Source of the DNA: a virus
Lineage: Duplodnaviria; Heunggongvirae; Uroviricota; Caudoviricetes
Strand: one strand, 5' to 3'
Length of the DNA: 15,647 nt
IMG/VR virus record: IMGVR_UViG_3300049988_000008
Location: 1-15,647 of that record
Each line of letters starts with the position of its first letter. The first letter of the stretch is position 1. Made by a program: the position numbers and the translations under genes. Positions 7,864 through 14,533 of this stretch are shown one piece after another. The notes beneath the pieces are model-generated. The model was not told the origin of the DNA. It searched no databases and saw only the letters and a program-made list of their open reading frames with translations.

Positions 7864-8278
7864 TGTCTTCCGCCTTTCTTTCCAGCTTCATCATGGCACC
7901 AGTCACACTGATATTGTGTTTCTTGGCTTCACGAAGGTGGATAATTTCAGCCAACAGCTTGTTGTAACTGGCTTCATCCATTTCAGCCATAGCCTTGAGT
8001 ACTTCTTTGTTGGTAGGGCCATGCTGAAGAATGTCCAGTACGCCAATCAACTTAGCATCACTATCAATCCCATAGGATTTGATGATCTTGAGTGCTTTAG
8101 CTGCTTGTTGACGTTGTGCATTGACAGGCCCATTCAATCCACGTTCGTCCAGTACGCGACCAATGGTACGTGTCGAGACTTCAAGAGTCTCTGCCATTTT
8201 GGTAATGGTCATACGCTTGTGCTGGAAGTTCAGCACGATCATGTCCTTCTGTGCATCGGTCAGTTTGCTTTTGCTCAT
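7838..8278 (-). CDS. Helix-turn-helix DNA-binding protein (146 aa)
   Basis: MTITKMAETLEVSTRTIGRVL is a typical HTH. Start moved to MSKSK at 8278 (GAGG RBS). Confidence 0.8.
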   Translation of the reverse strand: MSKSKLTDAQKDMIVLNFQHKRMTITKMAETLEVSTRTIGRVLDERGLNGPVNAQRQQAAKALKIIKSYGIDSDAKLIGVLDILQHGPTNKEVLKAMAEMDEASYNKLLAEIIHLREAKKHNISVTGAMMKLERKAEDNANDTKVG

Positions 8279-8392
8279 GGTGTTATACCCTCGTGTGTGT
8301 ATCGCCAAAAATTCATTTTTGACGAACTTAGTTTATCGGTTTAGTACTTTTGGAGACTGTCTATGACTGTCTCTCCCTGTCCACTGCTGAAG

Positions 8393-8441
8393 AAAAAATG
8401 AGGGATAGCTCATCAGTGAACTACTCACTGAAGGCTATCCC
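8393..8441 (-). terminator. Long-stem terminator or processing hairpin after the RNAP II subunit 2 gene
   Basis: GGGATAGC..TCAGTGA-ACTAC-TCACTGA..GCTATCCC (8402-8441), followed on the minus strand by UCAUUUUUU. Confidence 0.7.
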
Positions 8442-8442
8442 A

Positions 8443-8467
8443 ATCACCAGAGCGCGGGAAACCGCGC
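8443..8467 (-). other. Repeated hairpin element (GCGCGG-GAAA-CCGCGC)
   Basis: Same 6-bp stem as 3288-3302, 12 nt after the RNAP2 stop, with a related flank (ATCACCAGA). Confidence 0.6.
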
Positions 8468-8479
8468 CTGAACCACTGC

Positions 8480-9718
8480 TTACGACAATGCGTAATTGCT
8501 TCCACGAATCAGTTCACCGAGGTTGTTCGACAGCTTCTCTGCCTTACCCTTGGTCCCGTGCAACTGGGACAACAGGTCAGACAGTAGTTCGCTATCTGCA
8601 ATCTCTGCGAAGATGTTGATGTAGTGCTGACGCAGGTAGTTCATGTAGTTCGGTGAGCACCGGAACTCGTCATGAACTGTGATGACATGGAATGGCTTGT
8701 GCACCAACATCGAATTGATGATGCTACGCAACTCCATTAAATGTAACGAGTCTAGTTCAGACACGTTATCAATGGTGATATAAGGCAGTATGACTACATC
8801 AGCAAGAGTACTACGTTCGTATTGCTCAACATAGTAGGCCAACTTGGTATTAGGAACCAATGGTAGTTTGAATCCACCAGAGGTACGACCATCCAATTCA
8901 GTTGTAATAAAGTCCAATACCTTATGTGCCACTTCTGCATCATAGTCACAGCGACGTTGAATGCAACGCAGCACATATGCATCCACACTGTGAATGACAT
9001 TGGCCACATTGGATAGACCAGACTTGGTGCCTTCGTTCACGTAGAACTCATACGTAAACGATGCACGGTCCAGTTCATCCACTGTGATGCGTGCCTCTTT
9101 CTTCTCGATGACTTTGACGCGAGCATCATAGCCATCAGGGAGTTTCCAAGCATGGAACAGAGCATACGGACGCCACGAGTTGAGCAATTCACGCAACAGT
9201 TGAGTAGCACCTGGAGCGATGATTTCAGCAGCAGCATAGAATGCCTGCAACTGTGGAGTATCAGCACCAAAGATTTCCTTTGGCTTGGCCTTTGATCCGT
9301 ACATCATAGTCATGAGTGCATCTTTGGAGTCACCGCGATTAACATCGACGTTACTTCCAAGCAGATCAATCATTTCACCACGCAGATTACCGTAGGCATC
9401 TGCACGGACATTGGGATCAACCAGACCGGTATTAGTAGCACCAGCTACACAACCAGTCAGTGCTGACATGACTTGAATACCTGAGCAACAGGCATCCAAT
9501 GCAACTGTATGGCCAGTTGGCTTACCTGACAATACCTTACGGATTGCCAATACAGCCTTCATGTACAGTGGTTTGGAATCAGCTTTATCAGCAAGCAATT
9601 CCAGTTCATTGAGATTGGTTTCAGCCCACTCGATACGTTCTTCGAACAGTTTCTTGTCCAGACCAAATGAATTGGCCAGATCAATCAGCATGTACTGCCA
9701 GCCTGTGAACAGTTGCAT
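8480..9718 (-). CDS. gp16: RNA polymerase II subunit 2 (N4 gp16-like, catalytic half of a T7-type RNAP)
   Basis: Motif A LDACCSGIQ, motif B R...K..LMT..YGS, motif C TVHDEF; 412 aa. Confidence 0.95.
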   Translation of the reverse strand: MQLFTGWQYMLIDLANSFGLDKKLFEERIEWAETNLNELELLADKADSKPLYMKAVLAIRKVLSGKPTGHTVALDACCSGIQVMSALTGCVAGATNTGLVDPNVRADAYGNLRGEMIDLLGSNVDVNRGDSKDALMTMMYGSKAKPKEIFGADTPQLQAFYAAAEIIAPGATQLLRELLNSWRPYALFHAWKLPDGYDARVKVIEKKEARITVDELDRASFTYEFYVNEGTKSGLSNVANVIHSVDAYVLRCIQRRCDYDAEVAHKVLDFITTELDGRTSGGFKLPLVPNTKLAYYVEQYERSTLADVVILPYITIDNVSELDSLHLMELRSIINSMLVHKPFHVITVHDEFRCSPNYMNYLRQHYINIFAEIADSELLSDLLSQLHGTKGKAEKLSNNLGELIRGSNYALS

Positions 9719-9720
9719 GG

Positions 9721-9915
9721 TTATTCCTTTTCAGTGAGATTGAAGAAGTGCATTGCTTGTTCTTTGGTTATATAGATGTATTCGTGATCAGTCTTGATTT
9801 CCATTGCTACAGTGATTTCATCAGGATAGATGAACTCTTTAACTGGAACAGTGAACTCATCACCACTGTAGTAGTGGCCTACAGCATTAGCTTCAAACGG
9901 CATAAAAGCAACCAT
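9721..9915 (-). CDS. Small hypothetical protein (64 aa) with a YITKEQAMxFFxL motif
   Basis: Start moved to MVAFMPF at 9915 (AAAGGA RBS). C-terminal motif shared with 11821..12045. Confidence 0.75.
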   Translation of the reverse strand: MVAFMPFEANAVGHYYSGDEFTVPVKEFIYPDEITVAMEIKTDHEYIYITKEQAMHFFNLTEKE

Positions 9916-9926
9916 ATGTATTTCCT

Positions 9927-10145
9927 TTAGAGTATGAGTAACCATGCCTTGCATATAGCAGGCACATCTTCAATTGATACAGGATAACCACTGCATAGTG
10001 ACCATTCAACTTGCCATTTATTTGGGCTGTGATTATAAACATAGCCGCATTGATAGACATCCATTGTTACTTTGATGTCTTCATACAGTGCGTGCCAGTG
10101 TTCATACTCACCGTACACTTGATTACCATAGAATACAGTGAGCAT
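9927..10145 (-). CDS. Small hypothetical protein (72 aa), paralog of 10149..10370
   Basis: Packed ORF; MLTVF...YE and VPAICKAWLLI match the neighbour. Confidence 0.75.
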   Translation of the reverse strand: MLTVFYGNQVYGEYEHWHALYEDIKVTMDVYQCGYVYNHSPNKWQVEWSLCSGYPVSIEDVPAICKAWLLIL

Positions 10146-10148
10146 GAT

Positions 10149-10370
10149 TTACCCTTCAGCTATGAGCAAGAATGCTTTAGCAATAGGTGGCAGTTCCCTA
10201 CCACCAGTTTCAATATCTTTAGTGATATTGTTCCAGCTGTGATACCACATCCACCAGCTTCCAGTTTCATCTGAGTAACAGAGTGCATATATTGGAATAG
10301 GATCAGTACGTCCTTGATCGGGAGTTTCATATTGATCCCAGATTTCACCATCATGAAATACTATGAACAT
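10149..10370 (-). CDS. Small hypothetical protein (73 aa), paralog of 9927..10145
   Basis: Packed ORF; MFIVF...YE and LPPIAKAFLLI. Confidence 0.75.
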   Translation of the reverse strand: MFIVFHDGEIWDQYETPDQGRTDPIPIYALCYSDETGSWWMWYHSWNNITKDIETGGRELPPIAKAFLLIAEG

Positions 10371-10372
10371 GA

Positions 10373-11281
10373 TTATTGTCCCGGTACACCTTCAATGAAT
10401 TCTTCATCAGCCAATTCAATCATGGCTTTCTTGAATGAAGCGCCTTGGGTATTGATGTGGTAGCCCTGAGCGTAGATACGACCACGCTTGTCTACCTTAT
10501 GAGTTAAATAGAACCGGTTACCTTGCTTGACCAACAGGTCGTAGAAGCGATATGACTGTACTTTGAAATTTTTCCATTGGTTTTTCTTCTCGACAGTATC
10601 GAGGTCGAACGTTGGTTCTTCCTCTTCCTGACAGAGCAATTCAGTGACCAGTTTGAGTGGTACACGGTTCATGGTATTGAGTACATCGAGGCAGATATCC
10701 CCTTCATGGTGATTACCATTGCCCAAGATGAGTGAATCATTATGGGACAGATAACCACTGCTGCGATTGTTCACAAGCTTGCGTGGCTCCGTCACCATAG
10801 GTGGCAGATATTGACTCTCACGAATGTGATCAAGCAACCAGACTTCCAATGGAATCTGAGACACTATAACAAGTGAGGACATGCGTGATGCCTTCATGAT
10901 GTCGAAAGCATCGGTACGGCACAGCACTGCAATGATTTCTGCAATGGTGGTGATAGCTGCTACGCGATCATCCCATTTAAGCCGACCAGCCATCTGAGCT
11001 GTCACTGATGTGAACAGTTCTTCTGTCTGAATGTAGGCAATGCCCACAAAGATATCAAGCACCAGATCATGAAGATCGAGATGCTTGACCTGTTCCAATC
11101 GTTGATTCTTACTGTCGTAGTAGTCTTGTTCCAGCCACTCCTTCAGATATTGAATACCCAGTTCAATCTTGGCTTGCATGACTGGATTAGTTTGAATGGA
11201 TTCACGGATATAACCGTCGATGTGATGACGGCTATAGCGTTTCTCGTTGAACTCTTGATTGATCAGGTCAAGATTTGGCAT
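10373..11281 (-). CDS. gp15: RNA polymerase II subunit 1 (N4 gp15-like)
   Basis: PPMV..P, HKVDKRGRIYAQGYHINTQG (DxRGRxY motif of T7-type RNAPs); 302 aa; lies upstream of the gp16-like gene. Confidence 0.95.
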   Translation of the reverse strand: MPNLDLINQEFNEKRYSRHHIDGYIRESIQTNPVMQAKIELGIQYLKEWLEQDYYDSKNQRLEQVKHLDLHDLVLDIFVGIAYIQTEELFTSVTAQMAGRLKWDDRVAAITTIAEIIAVLCRTDAFDIMKASRMSSLVIVSQIPLEVWLLDHIRESQYLPPMVTEPRKLVNNRSSGYLSHNDSLILGNGNHHEGDICLDVLNTMNRVPLKLVTELLCQEEEEPTFDLDTVEKKNQWKNFKVQSYRFYDLLVKQGNRFYLTHKVDKRGRIYAQGYHINTQGASFKKAMIELADEEFIEGVPGQ

Positions 11282-11284
11282 GCA

Positions 11285-11551
11285 TTACTCCCGTAACAGT
11301 TGAATTGATAGATAGTGCCGCACCTTGTTCTTCTTACCCGGTGCTATTTCAATGTTCCATGAAGGCTTGGTAAGCCTCATGAGTTTGGCGCGTACTTCAC
11401 TGGCTATATAGAAATCCCAGCACGCCACAGTGATATACCAATTGGATTGGTAAACAATCATTGTAGAGTCTGGGAAGTTTCGTAATAGCTTAGTAATCAA
11501 TCGATATTGTTCGATTGAGTACGGGTCAGTCAATCTGAACAGTGGTCGCAT
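11285..11551 (-). CDS. Hypothetical protein (88 aa)
   Basis: GGAG RBS; fills the gap between the YkgJ-like gene and RNAP1. Confidence 0.7.
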   Translation of the reverse strand: MRPLFRLTDPYSIEQYRLITKLLRNFPDSTMIVYQSNWYITVACWDFYIASEVRAKLMRLTKPSWNIEIAPGKKNKVRHYLSIQLLRE

Positions 11552-11553
11552 GA

Positions 11554-11811
11554 TTACTCCGGTTGAGTTTGTTTTTCGTACCAGCGAATACGCTGAGTTG
11601 CTTCTTGCTTGTTTGTGCCACAGATATCCATATCAGCTTGGAAAGCCGAGCAGATATCTGGGCGTGCTGACTTACCAAACAACTCGCAGAGATTGCTTAT
11701 GGTATTCAACCATGTACAGCGTGTACCAGCTGGTTTGCCATCAGGATGGCCAGCATACTTAGTTGAGATAGATATCTCGGTGCAGCATGCACCACATTGA
11801 TGGCATTCCAT
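11554..11811 (-). CDS. ykgJ: YkgJ-family cysteine-cluster (putative Zn/Fe-chelating) protein
   Basis: MECHQCGACC..ISIS....G.PDGKPAGT.C......C..F....RP.IC.......ICG closely follows the bacterial YkgJ pattern over the full 85 aa. Confidence 0.85.
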   Translation of the reverse strand: MECHQCGACCTEISISTKYAGHPDGKPAGTRCTWLNTISNLCELFGKSARPDICSAFQADMDICGTNKQEATQRIRWYEKQTQPE

Positions 11812-11820
11812 TGTTATTCC

Positions 11821-12045
11821 TTACAGATCAAGGTTATGACGAACAGCCATTGGGTCTTTGAGACCAAAGAAGTCCATGGCTTGTTGTTTAGTGATGTACA
11901 CCACAGTGTTTACCAAGGCATTATCAATGGTGATACACATCATTGAATTGCCATTAACTGGCTTGGATGGAGTAACTGGAAGGGTATAACCGATCAGACC
12001 ATCATTAGCTGCGTGAACTTCGAATTCTTTATTGATTGTGCACAT
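11821..12045 (-). CDS. Small hypothetical protein (74 aa) with a YITKQQAMDFFGL motif
   Basis: Start moved to MCTINK at 12045 (AAGGAG RBS). Motif shared with 9721..9915. Confidence 0.75.
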   Translation of the reverse strand: MCTINKEFEVHAANDGLIGYTLPVTPSKPVNGNSMMCITIDNALVNTVVYITKQQAMDFFGLKDPMAVRHNLDL

Positions 12046-12057
12046 GTGAGTCTCCTT

Positions 12058-12097
12058 AAAAGAAAGAGCCACCAACTCCTGAATAGGAGTCAGTGGC
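12058..12097 (-). terminator. Terminator after the 97-aa early gene
   Basis: GCCAC..ACTCCT-GAAT-AGGAGT..GTGGC hairpin, followed on the minus strand by UCUUUCUUUU. Confidence 0.7.
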
Positions 12098-12110
12098 CAT
12101 TACTACGTGA

Positions 12111-12404
12111 TTAGACGCCGAGGTCGAACAGGTTGCCTTCGCCGGTGGTGACCGGCTGGAAGTCCATGACCAGTTTCGACAGGACAGCAGCGATAACCGC
12201 TTCGCTGTTTTCTTTGTTCGACAGTGCATCGAACAGGGCTTTCTCGCGTTCGTTGCTGGCCTTGAGCGGCACAGCACCGAGTTTCACGCGACGACCATCA
12301 CGGGATGGCAGGTACAGGTTGACGAAGCCGATTGCAGGCTCGAAATTGCCACGGGTGTTGTTAGCAGCGGTGGTAGCAGGTGCAGCGTTGTCTTGTTTGA
12401 ACAT
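12111..12404 (-). CDS. Conserved N4-like early protein (97 aa, GFVNLYLP...KLGAVPL motif; possibly N4 gp1-like)
   Basis: Start moved to MFKQDNAA at 12404 (GGAG RBS). It has its own hairpin promoter and terminator and strong codon bias. The gp1 equivalence is recalled, not verified. Confidence 0.8.
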   Translation of the reverse strand: MFKQDNAAPATTAANNTRGNFEPAIGFVNLYLPSRDGRRVKLGAVPLKASNEREKALFDALSNKENSEAVIAAVLSKLVMDFQPVTTGEGNLFDLGV

Positions 12405-12460
12405 GGTAATTCTCCAGAGATAAGTGATTGAATGAGTGAACGGTGCAGTTACGGGAAGCA

Positions 12461-12482
12461 CCAACACGCTCGCGGAGCGAGC
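12461..12482 (-). promoter_or_regulatory. Virion-RNAP-type early promoter (template-strand hairpin), third copy
   Basis: Plus strand (template) reads CC-AACAC-GCTCGC-GGA-GCGAGC: 6-bp stem, C:G-closed GGA triloop, upstream of the 12404 start. Confidence 0.8.
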
Positions 12483-12505
12483 ATGCCAGCATAGAGACAA
12501 CAGGA

Positions 12506-12604
12506 TTAGTACCAGAATGGAAGGGAAGCGACAGTACCTGCAATGAATGCCAAGATAACTTGTACAGGTACACGATTGAGTTGTTTGAGGATACGCTCAA
12601 GCAT
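12506..12604 (-). CDS. Micro membrane protein (32 aa, MLERILKQLNRVPVQVILAFIAGTVASLPFWY)
   Basis: Not in the track. TGATG coupling to the upstream stop; basic N-terminus plus one hydrophobic helix; fills the gap up to the promoter. Confidence 0.65.
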   Translation of the reverse strand: MLERILKQLNRVPVQVILAFIAGTVASLPFWY

Positions 12605-12795
12605 CAGTGAATGAGGCTTTCATTGACTTCGATTGCAGTGATATACGTACCTTTCTTGAAGTGAGACACATCAAGGTCTTTGAGTTGACATGCGCAGCAC
12701 TCATAAGTATTTTGAGGCTTGCCTTTTTTATCGAATACAGTCAACACCATTAGTGCATGGTGCTCACCATCTTGGTGATTGGTTTCATTGGACAT
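12604..12795 (-). CDS. Hypothetical early protein (63 aa)
   Basis: AAGGAG RBS; contains ECCAC. Confidence 0.7.
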   Translation of the reverse strand: MSNETNHQDGEHHALMVLTVFDKKGKPQNTYECCACQLKDLDVSHFKKGTYITAIEVNESLIH

Positions 12796-12807
12796 GATTA
12801 GTACTCC

Positions 12808-13065
12808 TTAAGGCGCAGTGTTGAGATGAACAGAGATGAACCACGTTTTAGTGACACGACCGAAGATCAGGTTAACCATTGGCCAACCAGAAGCTTTGAG
12901 CTGACTGGCGAGTATCTTGGCTTCGACTTGATCAGTCAGGCCAATGTCACAGGTCATTGCAGATGCGGGCACACAGAATTTGACAGATGAGTATCCTTTA
13001 GCGATCTGTTCGATAGCCATGTACTCTTCTGCACGATTGATAGGAGTTGGATTAGTAGTGGACAT
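12808..13065 (-). CDS. Hypothetical early protein (85 aa)
   Basis: Start moved to MSTTNPT at 13065 (AAGGAG RBS), which removes the overlap with 13076..13303. Confidence 0.75.
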   Translation of the reverse strand: MSTTNPTPINRAEEYMAIEQIAKGYSSVKFCVPASAMTCDIGLTDQVEAKILASQLKASGWPMVNLIFGRVTKTWFISVHLNTAP

Positions 13066-13075
13066 AGTTGTCTCC

Positions 13076-13303
13076 TTATTTGATGAATGGAAGTTGTTCA
13101 GAAACAGCCCAATACATTGCTTCAATTTTGGCTTCTTCATAGGTTTTGTAACGACCAATGCCACTGTCCCAAGGTTCAGCAAAGGTGTCATTGCCGTCTT
13201 CGTTGTTGAGCCACATCTCGACTGCGAAGTAGCCTGATATGCCTTGAGTGACACTGATCCAGTGGTCACCCGGTTTGATGATGTCATTGAGGGAAGTATT
13301 CAT
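13076..13303 (-). CDS. Hypothetical early protein (75 aa, SGYFAV...EPWDSGIGRY...EA motif)
   Basis: AGGAG RBS; tight packing. Confidence 0.75.
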   Translation of the reverse strand: MNTSLNDIIKPGDHWISVTQGISGYFAVEMWLNNEDGNDTFAEPWDSGIGRYKTYEEAKIEAMYWAVSEQLPFIK

Positions 13304-13342
13304 AGTTGTCTCCTAGATAAGTAGATATAGAATGGGCAACAA

Positions 13343-13359
13343 CCGAGTTAGGTACTCGG
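13343..13359 (-). terminator. Hairpin after the membrane-protein gene; possible weak terminator
   Basis: CCGAGT-TAGGT-ACTCGG, followed on the transcript by UUGUUG. Confidence 0.4.
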
Positions 13360-13392
13360 CTGTATATCGGAATGAAGAAGTGAGTGCTTACT

Positions 13393-13731
13393 TTACAGAG
13401 ATGGGAACTTATCGCCAATATGTACTGCCTTAGCCTTCCAGTCTCCATCATTCTCTGTAACCCTATGGATTGCGAGATTGGAATTAGTGGAGACTGAGTT
13501 GAGTACATTGAAGGTGGCATCATCTGCGAGGATAGCCAGTCCAATGAGGAACCATGCATAGGCTGTCAACAGCAACATGGGAATGAAGAGGACAAGTCCG
13601 TAATCACTAGCCCATACGAGCTTGGCTGGAGTGATGACACGCACATCCATAACATACAGGTAAGCCAATGCAGCTAACTGCATGAAGATGGCTGTGATGA
13701 TGTAGTGAGTGTGTTCGTATTTAGTGTTCAT
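13393..13731 (-). CDS. Early membrane protein (112 aa, two predicted TM helices)
   Basis: Two hydrophobic stretches (YIITAIFMQLAALAYLYVM and YGLVLFIPMLLLTAYAWFLIGLAIL); directly behind a hairpin promoter. Confidence 0.75.
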   Translation of the reverse strand: MNTKYEHTHYIITAIFMQLAALAYLYVMDVRVITPAKLVWASDYGLVLFIPMLLLTAYAWFLIGLAILADDATFNVLNSVSTNSNLAIHRVTENDGDWKAKAVHIGDKFPSL

Positions 13732-13759
13732 GATGAGTCCAATAGAGTTAGGGAAGAAT

Positions 13760-13779
13760 CCAACACACTCACGGAGTGA
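13760..13779 (-). promoter_or_regulatory. Virion-RNAP-type early promoter, second copy
   Basis: CC-AACACAC-TCAC-GGA-GTGA: C:G-closed GGA triloop with the same CC-to-loop spacing as the other two copies. Confidence 0.75.
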
Positions 13780-13853
13780 TGAATGGAGTCTGCCTAACTA
13801 GGACTGTACTGTCTCAGTGTGTGGTGTAGGTGTGTGATGTTTGTGTGTGAAGT

Positions 13854-13882
13854 AAAAGCTAAACTCCACCCGAAGGTGGAGT
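13854..13882 (-). terminator. Terminator after the first early gene
   Basis: ACTCCACC-CGAA-GGTGGAGT 8-bp stem with a UUCG loop on the transcript, followed by UUAGCUUUU. Confidence 0.75.
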
Positions 13883-13890
13883 CCAGATGC

Positions 13891-14175
13891 TTACTCTTGT
13901 TGAGCAGGCGTATTGCTTGGCAGTGCCAGTTGACCAGTGGCCTTGGCGATTTCTTCCTGTTGAATCTTGAGATTGTGAGCGAAGATAGCCATTTTCTGCT
14001 TGCGTTCAGCCGATGCTTGATCAGCGAAGGTAGCAGCAGTGTCATCCAGATAACCAGCAAGGTGATCACCAGCAGATGCCAGTTTCTCGGTAGCAGTAGC
14101 GAGCTTAGTACCTGCACGGAACACAGCTTGTACCATGAGGGAAGCACCAGTGAACAGACCAGCTTGAGCGACCAT
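13891..14175 (-). CDS. First early gene product (94 aa, Ala-rich helical)
   Basis: AGGAG RBS; lies between the first hairpin promoter and a terminator. Confidence 0.8.
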   Translation of the reverse strand: MVAQAGLFTGASLMVQAVFRAGTKLATATEKLASAGDHLAGYLDDTAATFADQASAERKQKMAIFAHNLKIQQEEIAKATGQLALPSNTPAQQE

Positions 14176-14257
14176 GATGTATTACTCCTATATGTATGTG
14201 AAGAAGGGAATGTGGATAGTCTCGTTCCACCTTACTTAGACCTTGATATGCGTACAT

Positions 14258-14277
14258 CCATCACACACGCGGAGCGT
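14258..14277 (-). promoter_or_regulatory. Virion-RNAP-type early promoter, first copy
   Basis: CC-ATCACAC-ACGC-GGA-GCGT: 4-bp stem with a C:G-closed GGA triloop. Confidence 0.75.
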
Positions 14278-14533
14278 ACAACATGAGCATAGGTCCACAG
14301 TCATAAACTCAAAGTGAACAGGAAGTGAATTCGGAATCGGGTAGGGGGGGTGAGTTTTGTTTTCGGTCCCCTGTGTATCAGTACTGCATCAGTACCCAGA
14401 ATAGAAAATTTCCCCTAACTTTTTTGGTGAAAAAATTGCAACAAAATTTGCTGTAGCCCCGTGAGAATTTCCCATAGTCAATTGAGTTCTGCTACACTCC
14501 AAGCCGTTAAGCCAACTCAACTGAACTCTACCT
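14278..14533. other. Non-coding divergent junction between early and late arms; probable genome terminus / collapsed direct terminal repeat
   Basis: In N4-like phages the gp69 end and the first early gene sit at opposite genome ends. Here they are divergent across a non-coding stretch with a G-run (14339-14350) and A/T tracts. Exact ends cannot be read from sequence. Confidence 0.55.
14469..14498 (+). promoter_or_regulatory. Candidate sigma70-type late promoter for the gp69-terminase cluster
   Basis: Extended -10 TG-C-TACACT (14490-14498) with a weak -35 TTCCCA 18 nt upstream. N4 late genes use host sigma70 RNAP. Confidence 0.4.

Noticed and set aside
7700-8344. 214-aa plus-strand ORF, and other short plus-strand ORFs between 2700 and 14300
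   Set aside because: They overlap RBS-supported minus-strand genes and show no recognisable motifs.
8318-8346. Plus-strand TTGACG-17 nt-TAGTAC sigma70-like promoter
   Set aside because: The -10 lacks the essential final T and there is no plus-strand gene downstream.
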